Below are positions 8,358-17,484 of a DNA stretch of 37,809 nt, piece after piece. The notes under the pieces are model-generated. The model did not search any database. It was not told the origin of the DNA and worked only from the letters and a program-made list of their open reading frames with translations. How positions within the stretch are numbered: the stretch's first letter is position 1; each line of letters begins with the position of its first letter. The stretch is from a virus (taxonomy: Duplodnaviria; Heunggongvirae; Uroviricota; Caudoviricetes), in the IMG/VR virus record IMGVR_UViG_2602041644_000008, positions 1 through 37,809 of that record; one strand, given 5' to 3'. The position numbers and the translations under genes were made by a program.

Positions 8358-8684
8358 ATGACAAAACTTGGATTCGTGATGAGAGGTCCGGTAAGAAGCG
8401 GAACTCATGCAAAGCGTAGCAAGAGTCGTATTTTTACTGGTAAGGTTGTAGCACGTAAATCAGCTATTGGCTCGTTCAATAGTGAAAATGCGGCATTGCG
8501 CCATATTTTTATCAGCACAAAGCCAAGAGCATCCGCTGATGTGCATACAATGTCTATTCCTATCACAAAGAATATCAAGCGGATAAAAAAGCTCTCATCT
8601 GCAGAATCAAAAGAGATATCTTTCCGCCAGCTTAACTCATTAGAAACGCATATGAAGGAAGAGGAATTCGATGTTTTTGAGTGA
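8358..8684 (+). CDS. Basic 108-aa protein, first gene of a two-gene operon (putative antitoxin partner)
   Basis: RBS GGAGATTAAAG-ATG. Overlaps the downstream gene by 14 nt. No recognisable domain. Confidence 0.35.
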   Translation: MTKLGFVMRGPVRSGTHAKRSKSRIFTGKVVARKSAIGSFNSENAALRHIFISTKPRASADVHTMSIPITKNIKRIKKLSSAESKEISFRQLNSLETHMKEEEFDVFE

Positions 8685-9183
8685 GTATAGCGGGAAGGTT
8701 ATACCTACTGGTGAGTTTAAAACTGATGACTTTCTGATTTCGCTAAAAGATGCTTTTAAACAACACTGGCGTCATGGTCATCATCCTGATCTGGGAAAAG
8801 ATACTCTTTTTGAAAGACCAGACGAAGTATTAGGCTTCCATCTCAGAAAGGTTCATGTCAATATTGGTGAATATGCATCATATTCATACTCATGTACTGA
8901 ACAGTGTTGGGATGAGTGGTCATATGGATTGATTGATGAACAAGGAAATTACAGGCCAAAACCAACCAGTAACGCATATCTCATATATGCAGTCAATGAA
9001 ATAAGAGATGCAGCCTTACTAGCTTATTGGGACCCGCCCGCACACACCAAAGCTAACGCAAAAGTTTGGATGGATTCCGTATTGAATTTCACAAAATTAT
9101 TTCATGAACGAACTAATACAGCTCCACTTAGTAGAAATGTTTATCCGTGGGATTATTCGTACAAATCCAAAAAGCCTGCATAG
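8671..9183 (+). CDS. YafO-like toxin family protein (candidate type II TA toxin)
   Basis: RBS GGAAGAGGA. Segments HPDLGKDTLFERPDE, FHLRKVHVNIGE, NAYLIYAV and ALLAYWDPPAH parallel E. coli YafO motifs (LPDIFGRDALYDD, FERVAHIHLANE, AHLVYC, LLIAILKPEPH). Comparison is from memory only. Confidence 0.4.
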   Translation: MFLSEYSGKVIPTGEFKTDDFLISLKDAFKQHWRHGHHPDLGKDTLFERPDEVLGFHLRKVHVNIGEYASYSYSCTEQCWDEWSYGLIDEQGNYRPKPTSNAYLIYAVNEIRDAALLAYWDPPAHTKANAKVWMDSVLNFTKLFHERTNTAPLSRNVYPWDYSYKSKKPA

Positions 9184-9264
9184 TAGTTTTTTATGGACGA
9201 AACAAAAGTCAGTGCTACACTCATTGACGCCACATTGAGGTGGCTTATAGATGGAAATTTCACA

Positions 9265-9426
9265 ATGAAAAAAGCATTTGCTGCACTGTTCGTTTTGTTG
9301 TCTCTGGTAGCTTCAACTCAGGCCTTTGCCGGTCGTTGTCAGCACGACAGCGATACTGCCGCTGACGGCTCCCGCTGCGGTGGGCGTTCTGCGGATTCCC
9401 GCCCGGGCGGCGGTGGCATTCGTTAA
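9265..9426 (+). CDS. Small secreted peptide (signal peptide MKKAFAALFVLLSLVASTQAFA plus 31-aa Gly/Ser/Asp-rich part with 2 Cys)
   Basis: Internal ATG of tracked ORF 9193..9426. A 5-codon uORF (MEISQ, 9251..9268) with SD GAGGTGG overlaps this start as ATGA. Start site uncertain. Confidence 0.3.
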   Translation: MKKAFAALFVLLSLVASTQAFAGRCQHDSDTAADGSRCGGRSADSRPGGGGIR

Positions 9427-9455
9427 AAACAAGGCCGCGAAAGCGGCCTGTTTGA
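9425..9455. terminator. Bidirectional terminator between convergent genes
   Basis: AAAAACAA-GGCCGC-GAAA-GCGGCC-TGTTTG. Confidence 0.6.
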
Positions 9456-10307
9456 TCACTGTGCAGTTTTCGCTGATCGATTTTCAGCTCTAAATTCAAG
9501 AACCGTTTCAATATTTCTTTCCTTCAGCATATCAATAACATTTTTATTCACTTGACTATCACTGGTTAATAACTGGTAAACGTTGCTTCTCTCTTTATCA
9601 GAGTTTTCTTTAACAGCTGCTTTGCATGCCAAATGCTTATTGAAATTTTCTACATCGCTAGTACAGGAATTTACGGCTGCTGATGAAATATCAGACGCTG
9701 AAGAAACACCATCATCCAAACGTTTTATAGCATTTTCTATACATGAGTTAAGGGAATAAACGACAACTGAGCGATACCCTTCAGACGCACACCATTCTAA
9801 ATTTCTTGAAGGATCGAGTGGTTTTACTTCGCTGGATTGAATTAACTTGTCAAAAACTGACTTATATTCAATCTGTTTTTTATCTATAGCCCATACTTCA
9901 GTAGCTGATTTATAATTCCCCGTATGCCTATTAACATCAAATCCATGTTTTATAAGCAAATCTGCCCATGAAAGATTTATTGATTCATTGTTATGAGGCC
10001 ATTTTCCTGTCAGAACCGCCCCCATAGACCCCATATATCCGCCATATGATGGTATAGCACCATGGCTCAGTAACTTCTCAGCAACCACAGGGCAATTAAT
10101 TACATAAGAGGCGTAAAGCCCATTCCATAAAGCCCCTCTATAGTAATCGCCACGATTAGGTTCTTTTAAGTCGATAGCCTTTGATAATTGTTCACACGTT
10201 TTGCATGCATCAAAGTTATCCTTATTGCATTGCAATGAACTGGCAGCTGTAGGATTTACAGAGACTATTGAAAGCACTATGCCAAAAAACAAATTTATTT
10301 TTTTCAT
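9456..10307 (-). CDS. Secreted Cys-rich protein (283 aa) with ankyrin-like repeat signatures; last gene of the virion operon
   Basis: Signal peptide MKKINLFFGIVLSIVSVNPTAASS. 10 Cys. LLSHGAIP and LLIKHGFDVNRH resemble ankyrin repeat ends. Start is 1 nt after the stop of the gp16-like gene. Low GC. Confidence 0.5.
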   Translation of the reverse strand: MKKINLFFGIVLSIVSVNPTAASSLQCNKDNFDACKTCEQLSKAIDLKEPNRGDYYRGALWNGLYASYVINCPVVAEKLLSHGAIPSYGGYMGSMGAVLTGKWPHNNESINLSWADLLIKHGFDVNRHTGNYKSATEVWAIDKKQIEYKSVFDKLIQSSEVKPLDPSRNLEWCASEGYRSVVVYSLNSCIENAIKRLDDGVSSASDISSAAVNSCTSDVENFNKHLACKAAVKENSDKERSNVYQLLTSDSQVNKNVIDMLKERNIETVLEFRAENRSAKTAQ

Positions 10308-10308
10308 C

Positions 10309-13300
10309 CTATTTCATCTGCTCTTCAACTTTATTTAGTAATGGTGATATCGCCCACAGATTCTGAAAAGGTAGCATTTTACGGACAGCGTGGGTTTGCT
10401 GGCTGTCAAATTCTCCGTTAAGTACACCATTCGCAACCGTCGCGGCATCACCGCCAAGATCAAAGGTAGGACCAAGTAAAGCACCAATAGTATTACGACT
10501 CTGAAACCTTGATACCGGAGGCGCACCAAACATCGCGCCAAGACCAAACCTACCGCCGCTTATGTTCTCAACGGTATTCAGCGGCTCAGAGAGCCAGCCA
10601 AGCATTCCGCCCCGGTCGATCCCCTCTTTCACAAGGTTATTCCAGCTGTAGTCGATATCGCGACCGCTTAACTTCTGTTTCATCATATAGACCATTGAGC
10701 CAAGCGCAATCGTGCCAAGCGCACCAAGATAGAATGCAGCATCGCCCTGCTGGATACCAGATACTAGCACCCTGTTATGCTGTGCGAAGATAAACGTTTT
10801 GAACTGCGTGATCATCTTCCAGCCTTCTTTACTAAAAAACAGCGGTGTATCACCTACGCCAGGCGTTACAATCACTGAGTCTACATCTTTCAGCACTGCA
10901 GACTGGAAAATCTCTCTAGCGAAACGGTCATCCCACAGATGACTATGCCCGGTTAACAGCCCGTCCATATCCTCTCCGTGCTTCCCGAATTGCTCCCCGA
11001 TTCGGCGCAGAACATCTTCATTGATGCCGACCTGTGCCATCTTCCGCATTTCACTTTTGGAGAGCGTGCCACCAGCAGAAACTTGGCGAGCCGCGTCAAG
11101 TATCCTCGACTGCACTATCATCCCGGACCATGATTTAAGTGCGCTGTTCCACTGATTCATCAGCGTCCAGTTACCGAATTTCTGCGTCATCCAGTTCAGG
11201 CCTCGCTCAGCGGCGCTTCTCCGGCTATAGGGGTCAGTAAGATCCGCTATAGCCTTTGTACGCGTAGACAGGACATAATCAAGCCCAACGGCCATTTCTC
11301 GCAAATCCCTGGTTGCAATCTTCACTGAGTCCATATTTTTAAGCATGCTTACCATTGGTCCGAGAGATTTTCTCAGGCCATGCTGCATCATCGGTCGCAT
11401 CAGATCAGTTGCAGCGGAGACGGTCATTCCACCAAGCAAACGGAGGAAGTTAATATTCCTAGCAACTCGCCCGGCACGAACAAAGAAACTGCGTGGATCT
11501 TGAGGTGCGCCGTAAGTACCAAGCAGTCGGTCACGCATAGCCGTAATATCCCTAATATCAGCCTCCCGTTGCTTCTCAAGAGCTGCACGTCGTTTAGGTG
11601 TTTTAGCCTCTTTTATTAGCCGGGTATATTCCTCACTAACCTGACGGATTTGCTCCCCCATATCTTTACGGCCAAACTGCGCAGTCAGCTCAATTTCTGG
11701 CGCCACCTGCCGGAGATAACTTTCCATGATGTAGTTAACATCTGATTCAAGAAAATCTTCTATACGCTCATCAGGAATAAGCAGCGTTCGGCTTTTAGTG
11801 AAACCAGCCCGACCAACGAGTCTCTCTGGGATAATATCGGCTGGTACAAGCCCGGAAGGTGCGCCTATTATTTTATTCACGATCTCGTCAGCAGCGTCCT
11901 CTGCTTCCTCTCGGGATAGAGGCTCCATCTGCTTCAGTGCTCGCTCGCGGCTTGCATTCAGCCTTGTGGTTGAATTTGCCCGTTTTTGCAGTCGGCGAAG
12001 CTCAGAACGATATTTCCGTGGATTATCCAGCAACTCCATATGGCGCTGATAGACAGGAAGCTCACTCTTTGCCTGCGCTATATCATCAAGGCGAGTTTTA
12101 AGGTCAGAGCTTTCTTTCATCATTCTTGCCTGAAGTTTTTCTGATGAAGTCTCGGCCAACTCTTTTTCTATTCTTGTAAGACGCGCCTGTGTGTCAGTCT
12201 CCTGAGATATAAGCCTATTTCGTTTATCCAGTTCTTCCATGAGTAGAATTTTTTTACCAGACCATTTCTCCGCTTCAGCGATTTCACTAGCGAGAGCATC
12301 AGCGCGCAGTGCTGATTCCTCTGCAGTTTTTAGCAATGAATTTATCTTTTCAATTCGCTGACCTGCTTTGTCAGCACCTTTGGCACTAATCCCTTGTATC
12401 CAGTTGGCAATTCGCCCTCTGAATTCCGTGCGGTCGGAAAGTATCTTATCGAACTTATAAATGCGGGGAAGATAACTTTTCGCCGTCACGACATCGATAT
12501 CCTCAGGAAGGATCCCCAATTCCTGCATACGGGCTTTTGTGGTCTCAAAAATGGGGCGGATTCTGGCGGCTGCTTGTGAAACCTCAGGAATATCACTCTG
12601 ATCACCACGGCGCATAGCCATGCCAACAGCTTCATTGAAATCAATAAAGTTCATCCTCTTCACGCCGCGGGCGCTGACAGATTTGCTGTACTGCTGGTAA
12701 GCATCACGAGTAGCTTCCATCTGCTTATAAAGCATGGCGTCGTATTGCTTAATCTTAGTCTCGACTGCCGTAAACGTAGCCAACCCCTCATCATTTTTGG
12801 CGAAGAAATAGTTATTTTCGGCAAGCTGCTGGTTAATCTGACGGGAAACAAGAGATGGTGATTGCGCCAAGCGGCCAGCAGGAGTGACACTCAACGTTTT
12901 GTTAGCAAGTCCAAGTCCAGCGAGCTGTTCCTGATCGAGTGTGGTATTGAAAACCTGAGCTGCACCAATGCTTTGAGGAGAATCCATACCTCGCAAATGA
13001 TTACCTACTGAGTTAACCACTGCCTCGCGCGCGCTAGGTCCAGCAAGTAGCTGTGCACCAGCACCAAGGATCCCACCAACGAGAGCATCAACAACAACGT
13101 TCGATACGCTCTCCATCGGTGAGCGAGCTTCCTGAGTGGCCTGCAATGCGGCCTCTGAAGCAACACTGCCAGCAGCATTGGCTAAAGCAAAACGTCCGGC
13201 TGTTTCTGCAATACGACCGCCACGAACGACAGCGCCGAACGGAATAAACATAGAAATCGCATTGAATGGATCTGCTAATCTCATTGCTACAGAAGAGACT

Positions 13301-13698
13301 GTACCAGCAAATCCCAAGCCTGAATTGTATTCCATGTCAGCTCTCTGCTGATCGATTCGATGTTTAATTGCCATTGTTTCTTCAGGCGAACCGGAGTTGA
13401 TAAACGAATCTGCAAAATCTTCATAGCCTTTAATATCTGCTGCATCGTTATCAAATGGGTTATATCCTTCAACCCTGTCAAACTGACTGAAAGGAGCACT
13501 GGCAATAAAGCTACCCAGCGTGTTATCTATACGAAATGCTGCTTGTCTAGACCTTTGAACGCGTTGATCACTGGTAAATGGGTTCACAGCAGAAAGCAAA
13601 GAAGGTGTTTCCATATAGAAATTACTGTCATCAGGTGCTGCTATTTGCTGAATATCCTCGCCAAGCAACTCTTTAGGATCCTGTTCATATATCGGCAT
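10309..13698 (-). CDS. Internal virion/ejection protein, T7 gp16-like by position and size (1129 aa)
   Basis: Large protein following the gp14- and gp15-like genes in T7 order. Coiled-coil-rich middle. No motif verified. Confidence 0.55.
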   Translation of the reverse strand: MPIYEQDPKELLGEDIQQIAAPDDSNFYMETPSLLSAVNPFTSDQRVQRSRQAAFRIDNTLGSFIASAPFSQFDRVEGYNPFDNDAADIKGYEDFADSFINSGSPEETMAIKHRIDQQRADMEYNSGLGFAGTVSSVAMRLADPFNAISMFIPFGAVVRGGRIAETAGRFALANAAGSVASEAALQATQEARSPMESVSNVVVDALVGGILGAGAQLLAGPSAREAVVNSVGNHLRGMDSPQSIGAAQVFNTTLDQEQLAGLGLANKTLSVTPAGRLAQSPSLVSRQINQQLAENNYFFAKNDEGLATFTAVETKIKQYDAMLYKQMEATRDAYQQYSKSVSARGVKRMNFIDFNEAVGMAMRRGDQSDIPEVSQAAARIRPIFETTKARMQELGILPEDIDVVTAKSYLPRIYKFDKILSDRTEFRGRIANWIQGISAKGADKAGQRIEKINSLLKTAEESALRADALASEIAEAEKWSGKKILLMEELDKRNRLISQETDTQARLTRIEKELAETSSEKLQARMMKESSDLKTRLDDIAQAKSELPVYQRHMELLDNPRKYRSELRRLQKRANSTTRLNASRERALKQMEPLSREEAEDAADEIVNKIIGAPSGLVPADIIPERLVGRAGFTKSRTLLIPDERIEDFLESDVNYIMESYLRQVAPEIELTAQFGRKDMGEQIRQVSEEYTRLIKEAKTPKRRAALEKQREADIRDITAMRDRLLGTYGAPQDPRSFFVRAGRVARNINFLRLLGGMTVSAATDLMRPMMQHGLRKSLGPMVSMLKNMDSVKIATRDLREMAVGLDYVLSTRTKAIADLTDPYSRRSAAERGLNWMTQKFGNWTLMNQWNSALKSWSGMIVQSRILDAARQVSAGGTLSKSEMRKMAQVGINEDVLRRIGEQFGKHGEDMDGLLTGHSHLWDDRFAREIFQSAVLKDVDSVIVTPGVGDTPLFFSKEGWKMITQFKTFIFAQHNRVLVSGIQQGDAAFYLGALGTIALGSMVYMMKQKLSGRDIDYSWNNLVKEGIDRGGMLGWLSEPLNTVENISGGRFGLGAMFGAPPVSRFQSRNTIGALLGPTFDLGGDAATVANGVLNGEFDSQQTHAVRKMLPFQNLWAISPLLNKVEEQMK

Positions 13699-16445
13699 TA
13701 TTTGCCCCCTGCGTATATATTGCTCGGAAGGTAATTGGCTGAACCATAACCGAATGGTTTGGTCAGATCTGGAGGAGTATATCCATCTTTATTGCTGAAC
13801 TGCGGCAGCGGATTGCCTTCTCTCCGCACTCTAGCCTCATCAACACGCTGTTGCTGGAACTGAATGGTTTGCCTGTACATTGGAGATGTCAGCTGATCCG
13901 GCTTGAAACGAACAGGGAGACCATTTTCTCCAATATAATTTCTCGGTTCTATCGCTCCGTTTGCGTCAGGCTGTAAAACCATAACAGCATAACTCCTATC
14001 CCTTGCCGTAAGGCCATCAGAAACAAGTATTAAGTCCGTATCACTGCGAGGACCGCCAAAGGATTTTGATTTAAGCTCGCGTTTTTCCTGCTCCCACTGC
14101 CCCTGTATCCAGTTACCAGCACCATTATTTACTCCGTACAATGCCTCAGGTGCATACTTCATAACCTCTGCTTTGCCATTAACCGTAGAAACTCCCCAGG
14201 TGGTTCTGATCATGGCATTGGTCATTTTCTCAGCCTGTTCTGCATCGCCACCTGTCTGTACAAAGTTAGCATCGTAAATTGTCTGGTAATCTCGCTGATA
14301 GGCCGCATTTGATTTTCCTGGATCGGTAATATCCGGAGACCACGAACCAAAGGAAGTCAGACTGCTGGCGTTATTTTGTGCAGCAGTTGCCCTCGCCGCG
14401 ACATATTTTTTGTCTCGCATGGCAGTGGAAAGCATCTGTTTCATTCGGTCATCCTGTTGGAACACCTGGCTGTAAGCCATATCAACAGCCTTATCCTCCG
14501 GCACTCCAGCGCGGGAATAATCGTAAACCTTGCCGTAAAATGCCATCGTACTTTTATCAAGTGTTGCCGCTGCCGCCGGATTATTATCGAATAACTGACC
14601 GTAGAATTTTGCCATCGGGACAACCAGCGCAGGATCTCTTGATGTTGCTCCACTGTTAAGCATTGTTTTAACCTGAGTTGGTATCATGCCGCTTTTAGTT
14701 GTGACGGTGACCAGTGTATTGATGCTCTGCGGATCAGATATGGAAAACGAAGGCGCGATATCCTGCGCGAAATAACGGTCTACCGCTGCCTGATTGTTTT
14801 TGTCGTTCGGGTCCAGCGGGAAGTTATTTTGCATTGAAGACACGAACCTGTTTCTTCCCTGCTGAATCTCCCACTCCCTATCCATCTCTTTAAATTTGGC
14901 CTGCATTTTCTCCCAGCGTTGCTGGTTAGCTGCAAATCCAGGAGCGTTTGGATCCTGTGGACGTAAACGTTCAAGAATGTCTTGTCGTCCTTCTGGAGTG
15001 AGGTCTTTAGCGGCACCAATGACACCTCCATATTGTATCTGCGCCTGCATATCCTTCCACTTCATAGCGCCAATGCGCGGACCATTGGCCCGGATAAAAT
15101 CGTCCTCAGAAGGTAACTTCTCAGGTTTCAATCCTTCATCAAGGGCTGAATATGCATCTTTAACTACGGTGCTAAGCTGGTCCGCATACTGCTGGCGGTA
15201 CTGATTTCTCAGCTCATTAGCCTGCCTCAATGCCTGTATTTGCATTTGAGGGCTCATAGCATCAAATGCCGCATTGCCCGTATAACGCTTAGGTGAATCA
15301 AGGTTAGTTAGACCAAGGGCTGCCGAGATACCAGTTTCAAGCTGTTCGGTGCTATAAGGCATACTGCCATTTTCGTGTTTAATAATCCCAGCACATAAAG
15401 CAGCTAGTGTCTTTGGGTTAGAGATATCAAGCTGATCATTCTCCCCAACACCAAGCTCACCACACAATGCCCTAATATAAGCATCAGTATTATTACCATC
15501 ACTAGCCGGAGCATAGCGATTAACAATCTCGCTAACGGTGTCATAGCCTTGACGCTGGTAAGACAACATATTTTTACCCAACGCGCGGATTCCATGCTCA
15601 GGGGTAGCAAACGTTGCAAAACGTCCATCGCTACCGATCTGACCTTCCCACGGGTTAGATTTGCTCGCTTCAATATTACCAGGGTTATTATTACGTAAAC
15701 CACGAGCATCCAATGAATTACCATGTGATATTGCACGACTCACACCATCAAGATCCCCTGGCTCTCCATTAACCTGAAGAAACTCGTTGTATTTTTGAGC
15801 GATATTTCCTATCCATGCTTGCTGCCCCATTTGTTCCTTGAGCTGAGTTTTCTGCTGAACACGCCACTCATCAGGAAGCCCATGCGCATCAGCGTATTGA
15901 TCAATAGATTCAAATCGCTGCTTGGCTAAATCGACAAATGCTTGGTTATCGCTATATAGCCCCGCAGACTGAGTGACAGCCAATGCATTTCCTGACAAAT
16001 ACGTTTGATCTTGGAATTGCTGAAACTGCCCAACTTCATATCGACGTGCCTGATTGTAATAAGACTGCATAGACTGCTGGAGTTGAAAGGATAATTTATT
16101 CCTTTCCTCACTTTCAGGAATTGAGCCTAATAATGCCTGAGCCCTTTCCTGCATATTTTTCATAACAGCGTCACTCTGACCAAGAGCGTTTTTACCCTGT
16201 TTAGAAATCAGCCCACTTTCAGGGTTGTTAATCTGGTCATCTGCAAATTGGTTAAATTGCAGTAACGCCTCCTGGGCCATAGCAACATTCGCTTTCTGCC
16301 TGGCTTCACCATATGCCACCGCATACTGATCTGCGACATTCGCCAGCACCTGACCTGCTTGAGGAACATCGAAGATCTGAAAACCACCGGTTTGCACACC
16401 ACGACTTTGCACCTGGCGTCCGGATGTAGTAGGAACAACAGGCAT
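13698..16445 (-). CDS. Internal virion protein, T7 gp15-like by position (915 aa), with embedded conserved NNPGN-motif domain
   Basis: Residues about 245-365 are GLRNNNPGNIEASK..FATFATPEHGIRALGKNMLSYQRQGYDTVSEIVNRYAPASDGNNTDAYIRALC, a compact conserved-looking block. Confidence 0.55.
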   Translation of the reverse strand: MPVVPTTSGRQVQSRGVQTGGFQIFDVPQAGQVLANVADQYAVAYGEARQKANVAMAQEALLQFNQFADDQINNPESGLISKQGKNALGQSDAVMKNMQERAQALLGSIPESEERNKLSFQLQQSMQSYYNQARRYEVGQFQQFQDQTYLSGNALAVTQSAGLYSDNQAFVDLAKQRFESIDQYADAHGLPDEWRVQQKTQLKEQMGQQAWIGNIAQKYNEFLQVNGEPGDLDGVSRAISHGNSLDARGLRNNNPGNIEASKSNPWEGQIGSDGRFATFATPEHGIRALGKNMLSYQRQGYDTVSEIVNRYAPASDGNNTDAYIRALCGELGVGENDQLDISNPKTLAALCAGIIKHENGSMPYSTEQLETGISAALGLTNLDSPKRYTGNAAFDAMSPQMQIQALRQANELRNQYRQQYADQLSTVVKDAYSALDEGLKPEKLPSEDDFIRANGPRIGAMKWKDMQAQIQYGGVIGAAKDLTPEGRQDILERLRPQDPNAPGFAANQQRWEKMQAKFKEMDREWEIQQGRNRFVSSMQNNFPLDPNDKNNQAAVDRYFAQDIAPSFSISDPQSINTLVTVTTKSGMIPTQVKTMLNSGATSRDPALVVPMAKFYGQLFDNNPAAAATLDKSTMAFYGKVYDYSRAGVPEDKAVDMAYSQVFQQDDRMKQMLSTAMRDKKYVAARATAAQNNASSLTSFGSWSPDITDPGKSNAAYQRDYQTIYDANFVQTGGDAEQAEKMTNAMIRTTWGVSTVNGKAEVMKYAPEALYGVNNGAGNWIQGQWEQEKRELKSKSFGGPRSDTDLILVSDGLTARDRSYAVMVLQPDANGAIEPRNYIGENGLPVRFKPDQLTSPMYRQTIQFQQQRVDEARVRREGNPLPQFSNKDGYTPPDLTKPFGYGSANYLPSNIYAGGK

Positions 16446-17020
16446 CAGTAACCTCCTATTTTGAATCGGGAGTCAGAATTCATAAAACCTGAGTTAGATA
16501 ACATTGGCGTCCCACCACTAGATGTACTTCCTTTAGAGAACGGACTCCACGTCCCACCAAACATCTGGTACGCACCGTATGCCTTCAGAGGCGCAGTGAG
16601 TAAAGTTGTTGCTGCTCCCACATTCCCCTGTTTACGGGCTGAACTGGCTTCTGCTTTATAGTTGGCAGCCTGAACCTGATAACCGTAAGCCTCGCGTTGC
16701 GCGTTATTCACCGTCGTCAGAGAATCAAGAGCGCCAAACTGGGCAGTGTCGCCAAATATATCCAGCGCGTTACCTGTAGATAAATCAGCGCCGGTAGCCC
16801 CCATTGTCGCCGCCTGTGTACCAAGCCGCTGTCGGGTCTCTCTGCGCCGTTGCTCAGCTTCAGCGTTACCTCTGTTTATTGCATCATTTGCCTGAGCTGT
16901 GGCTATATCTGCGTTCGCTTCTGCAACCTTCGAGGCATACTTTCCCTGTTGGTACTGGGTGTATGCCTGAATGCCACTCATGGCGAGCATTGCGCCACCA
17001 GCAATAACCGGATCGCACAT
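16445..17020 (-). CDS. Internal virion protein B (T7 gp14-like)
   Basis: N-terminus MCDPVIAGGAMLAMSGIQAYTQYQ resembles T7 gp14 MCWAAAIPIAISGAQAISGQ. Length 191 aa versus 196 for gp14. Confidence 0.55.
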   Translation of the reverse strand: MCDPVIAGGAMLAMSGIQAYTQYQQGKYASKVAEANADIATAQANDAINRGNAEAEQRRRETRQRLGTQAATMGATGADLSTGNALDIFGDTAQFGALDSLTTVNNAQREAYGYQVQAANYKAEASSARKQGNVGAATTLLTAPLKAYGAYQMFGGTWSPFSKGSTSSGGTPMLSNSGFMNSDSRFKIGGY

Positions 17021-17484
17021 TATTTTCTCTCCATGTGAAATCTGTGGAAATTAAGACCAAGAGCACCATAAGGCGCGGCTTCTTCAAGCCTGAATCCAAG
17101 CCAGTGCAGCCATGCTTTGGCAACATGGTTTCGCTCGTCGACATAGTTTTCCAGGCGCGGATAAACTGCCAGCATCTGCTGCAATACAGGGCGGCAGTGG
17201 CGAAGAAATGTCTTCTGATATTTTTCGATACGGCTGGTTCCGACCAGCCAGGGCGTACCATTGCCACCGATCATTGACGCCGGAGATACGCCAAACATGG
17301 TTACCAGTTCTCCGTTCGCAAATCCTGACCAGGCCATAGTCGCAGTACGCAGACCAACACGCAGCGCATCTTCGGTAGTCATCAGTGATACCGCATACAG
17401 TTCGTCAATATCAGCCTGACGAACATCCGGCAAAATCATCTGAAGATGCTCTTCGGTTGCGGGAATAATTTGAACACCGATCAT
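17020..17484 (-). CDS. Virion-module protein (gp13 position), unknown function
   Basis: Position only, between the gp12-like and gp14-like genes. Confidence 0.35.
   Translation of the reverse strand: MIGVQIIPATEEHLQMILPDVRQADIDELYAVSLMTTEDALRVGLRTATMAWSGFANGELVTMFGVSPASMIGGNGTPWLVGTSRIEKYQKTFLRHCRPVLQQMLAVYPRLENYVDERNHVAKAWLHWLGFRLEEAAPYGALGLNFHRFHMERK

Noticed and set aside
14376-15204. Several 70-100-aa ORFs on both strands inside the gp15-like gene
   Set aside because: Nested within a long uninterrupted virion protein gene with consistent codon usage. Typical shadow ORFs.
17020-17484. Calling the 154-aa gp13-position protein a GNAT acetyltransferase
   Set aside because: Only a vague composition resemblance. 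No motif A/B could be aligned, so it is kept as an unknown virion-module protein.
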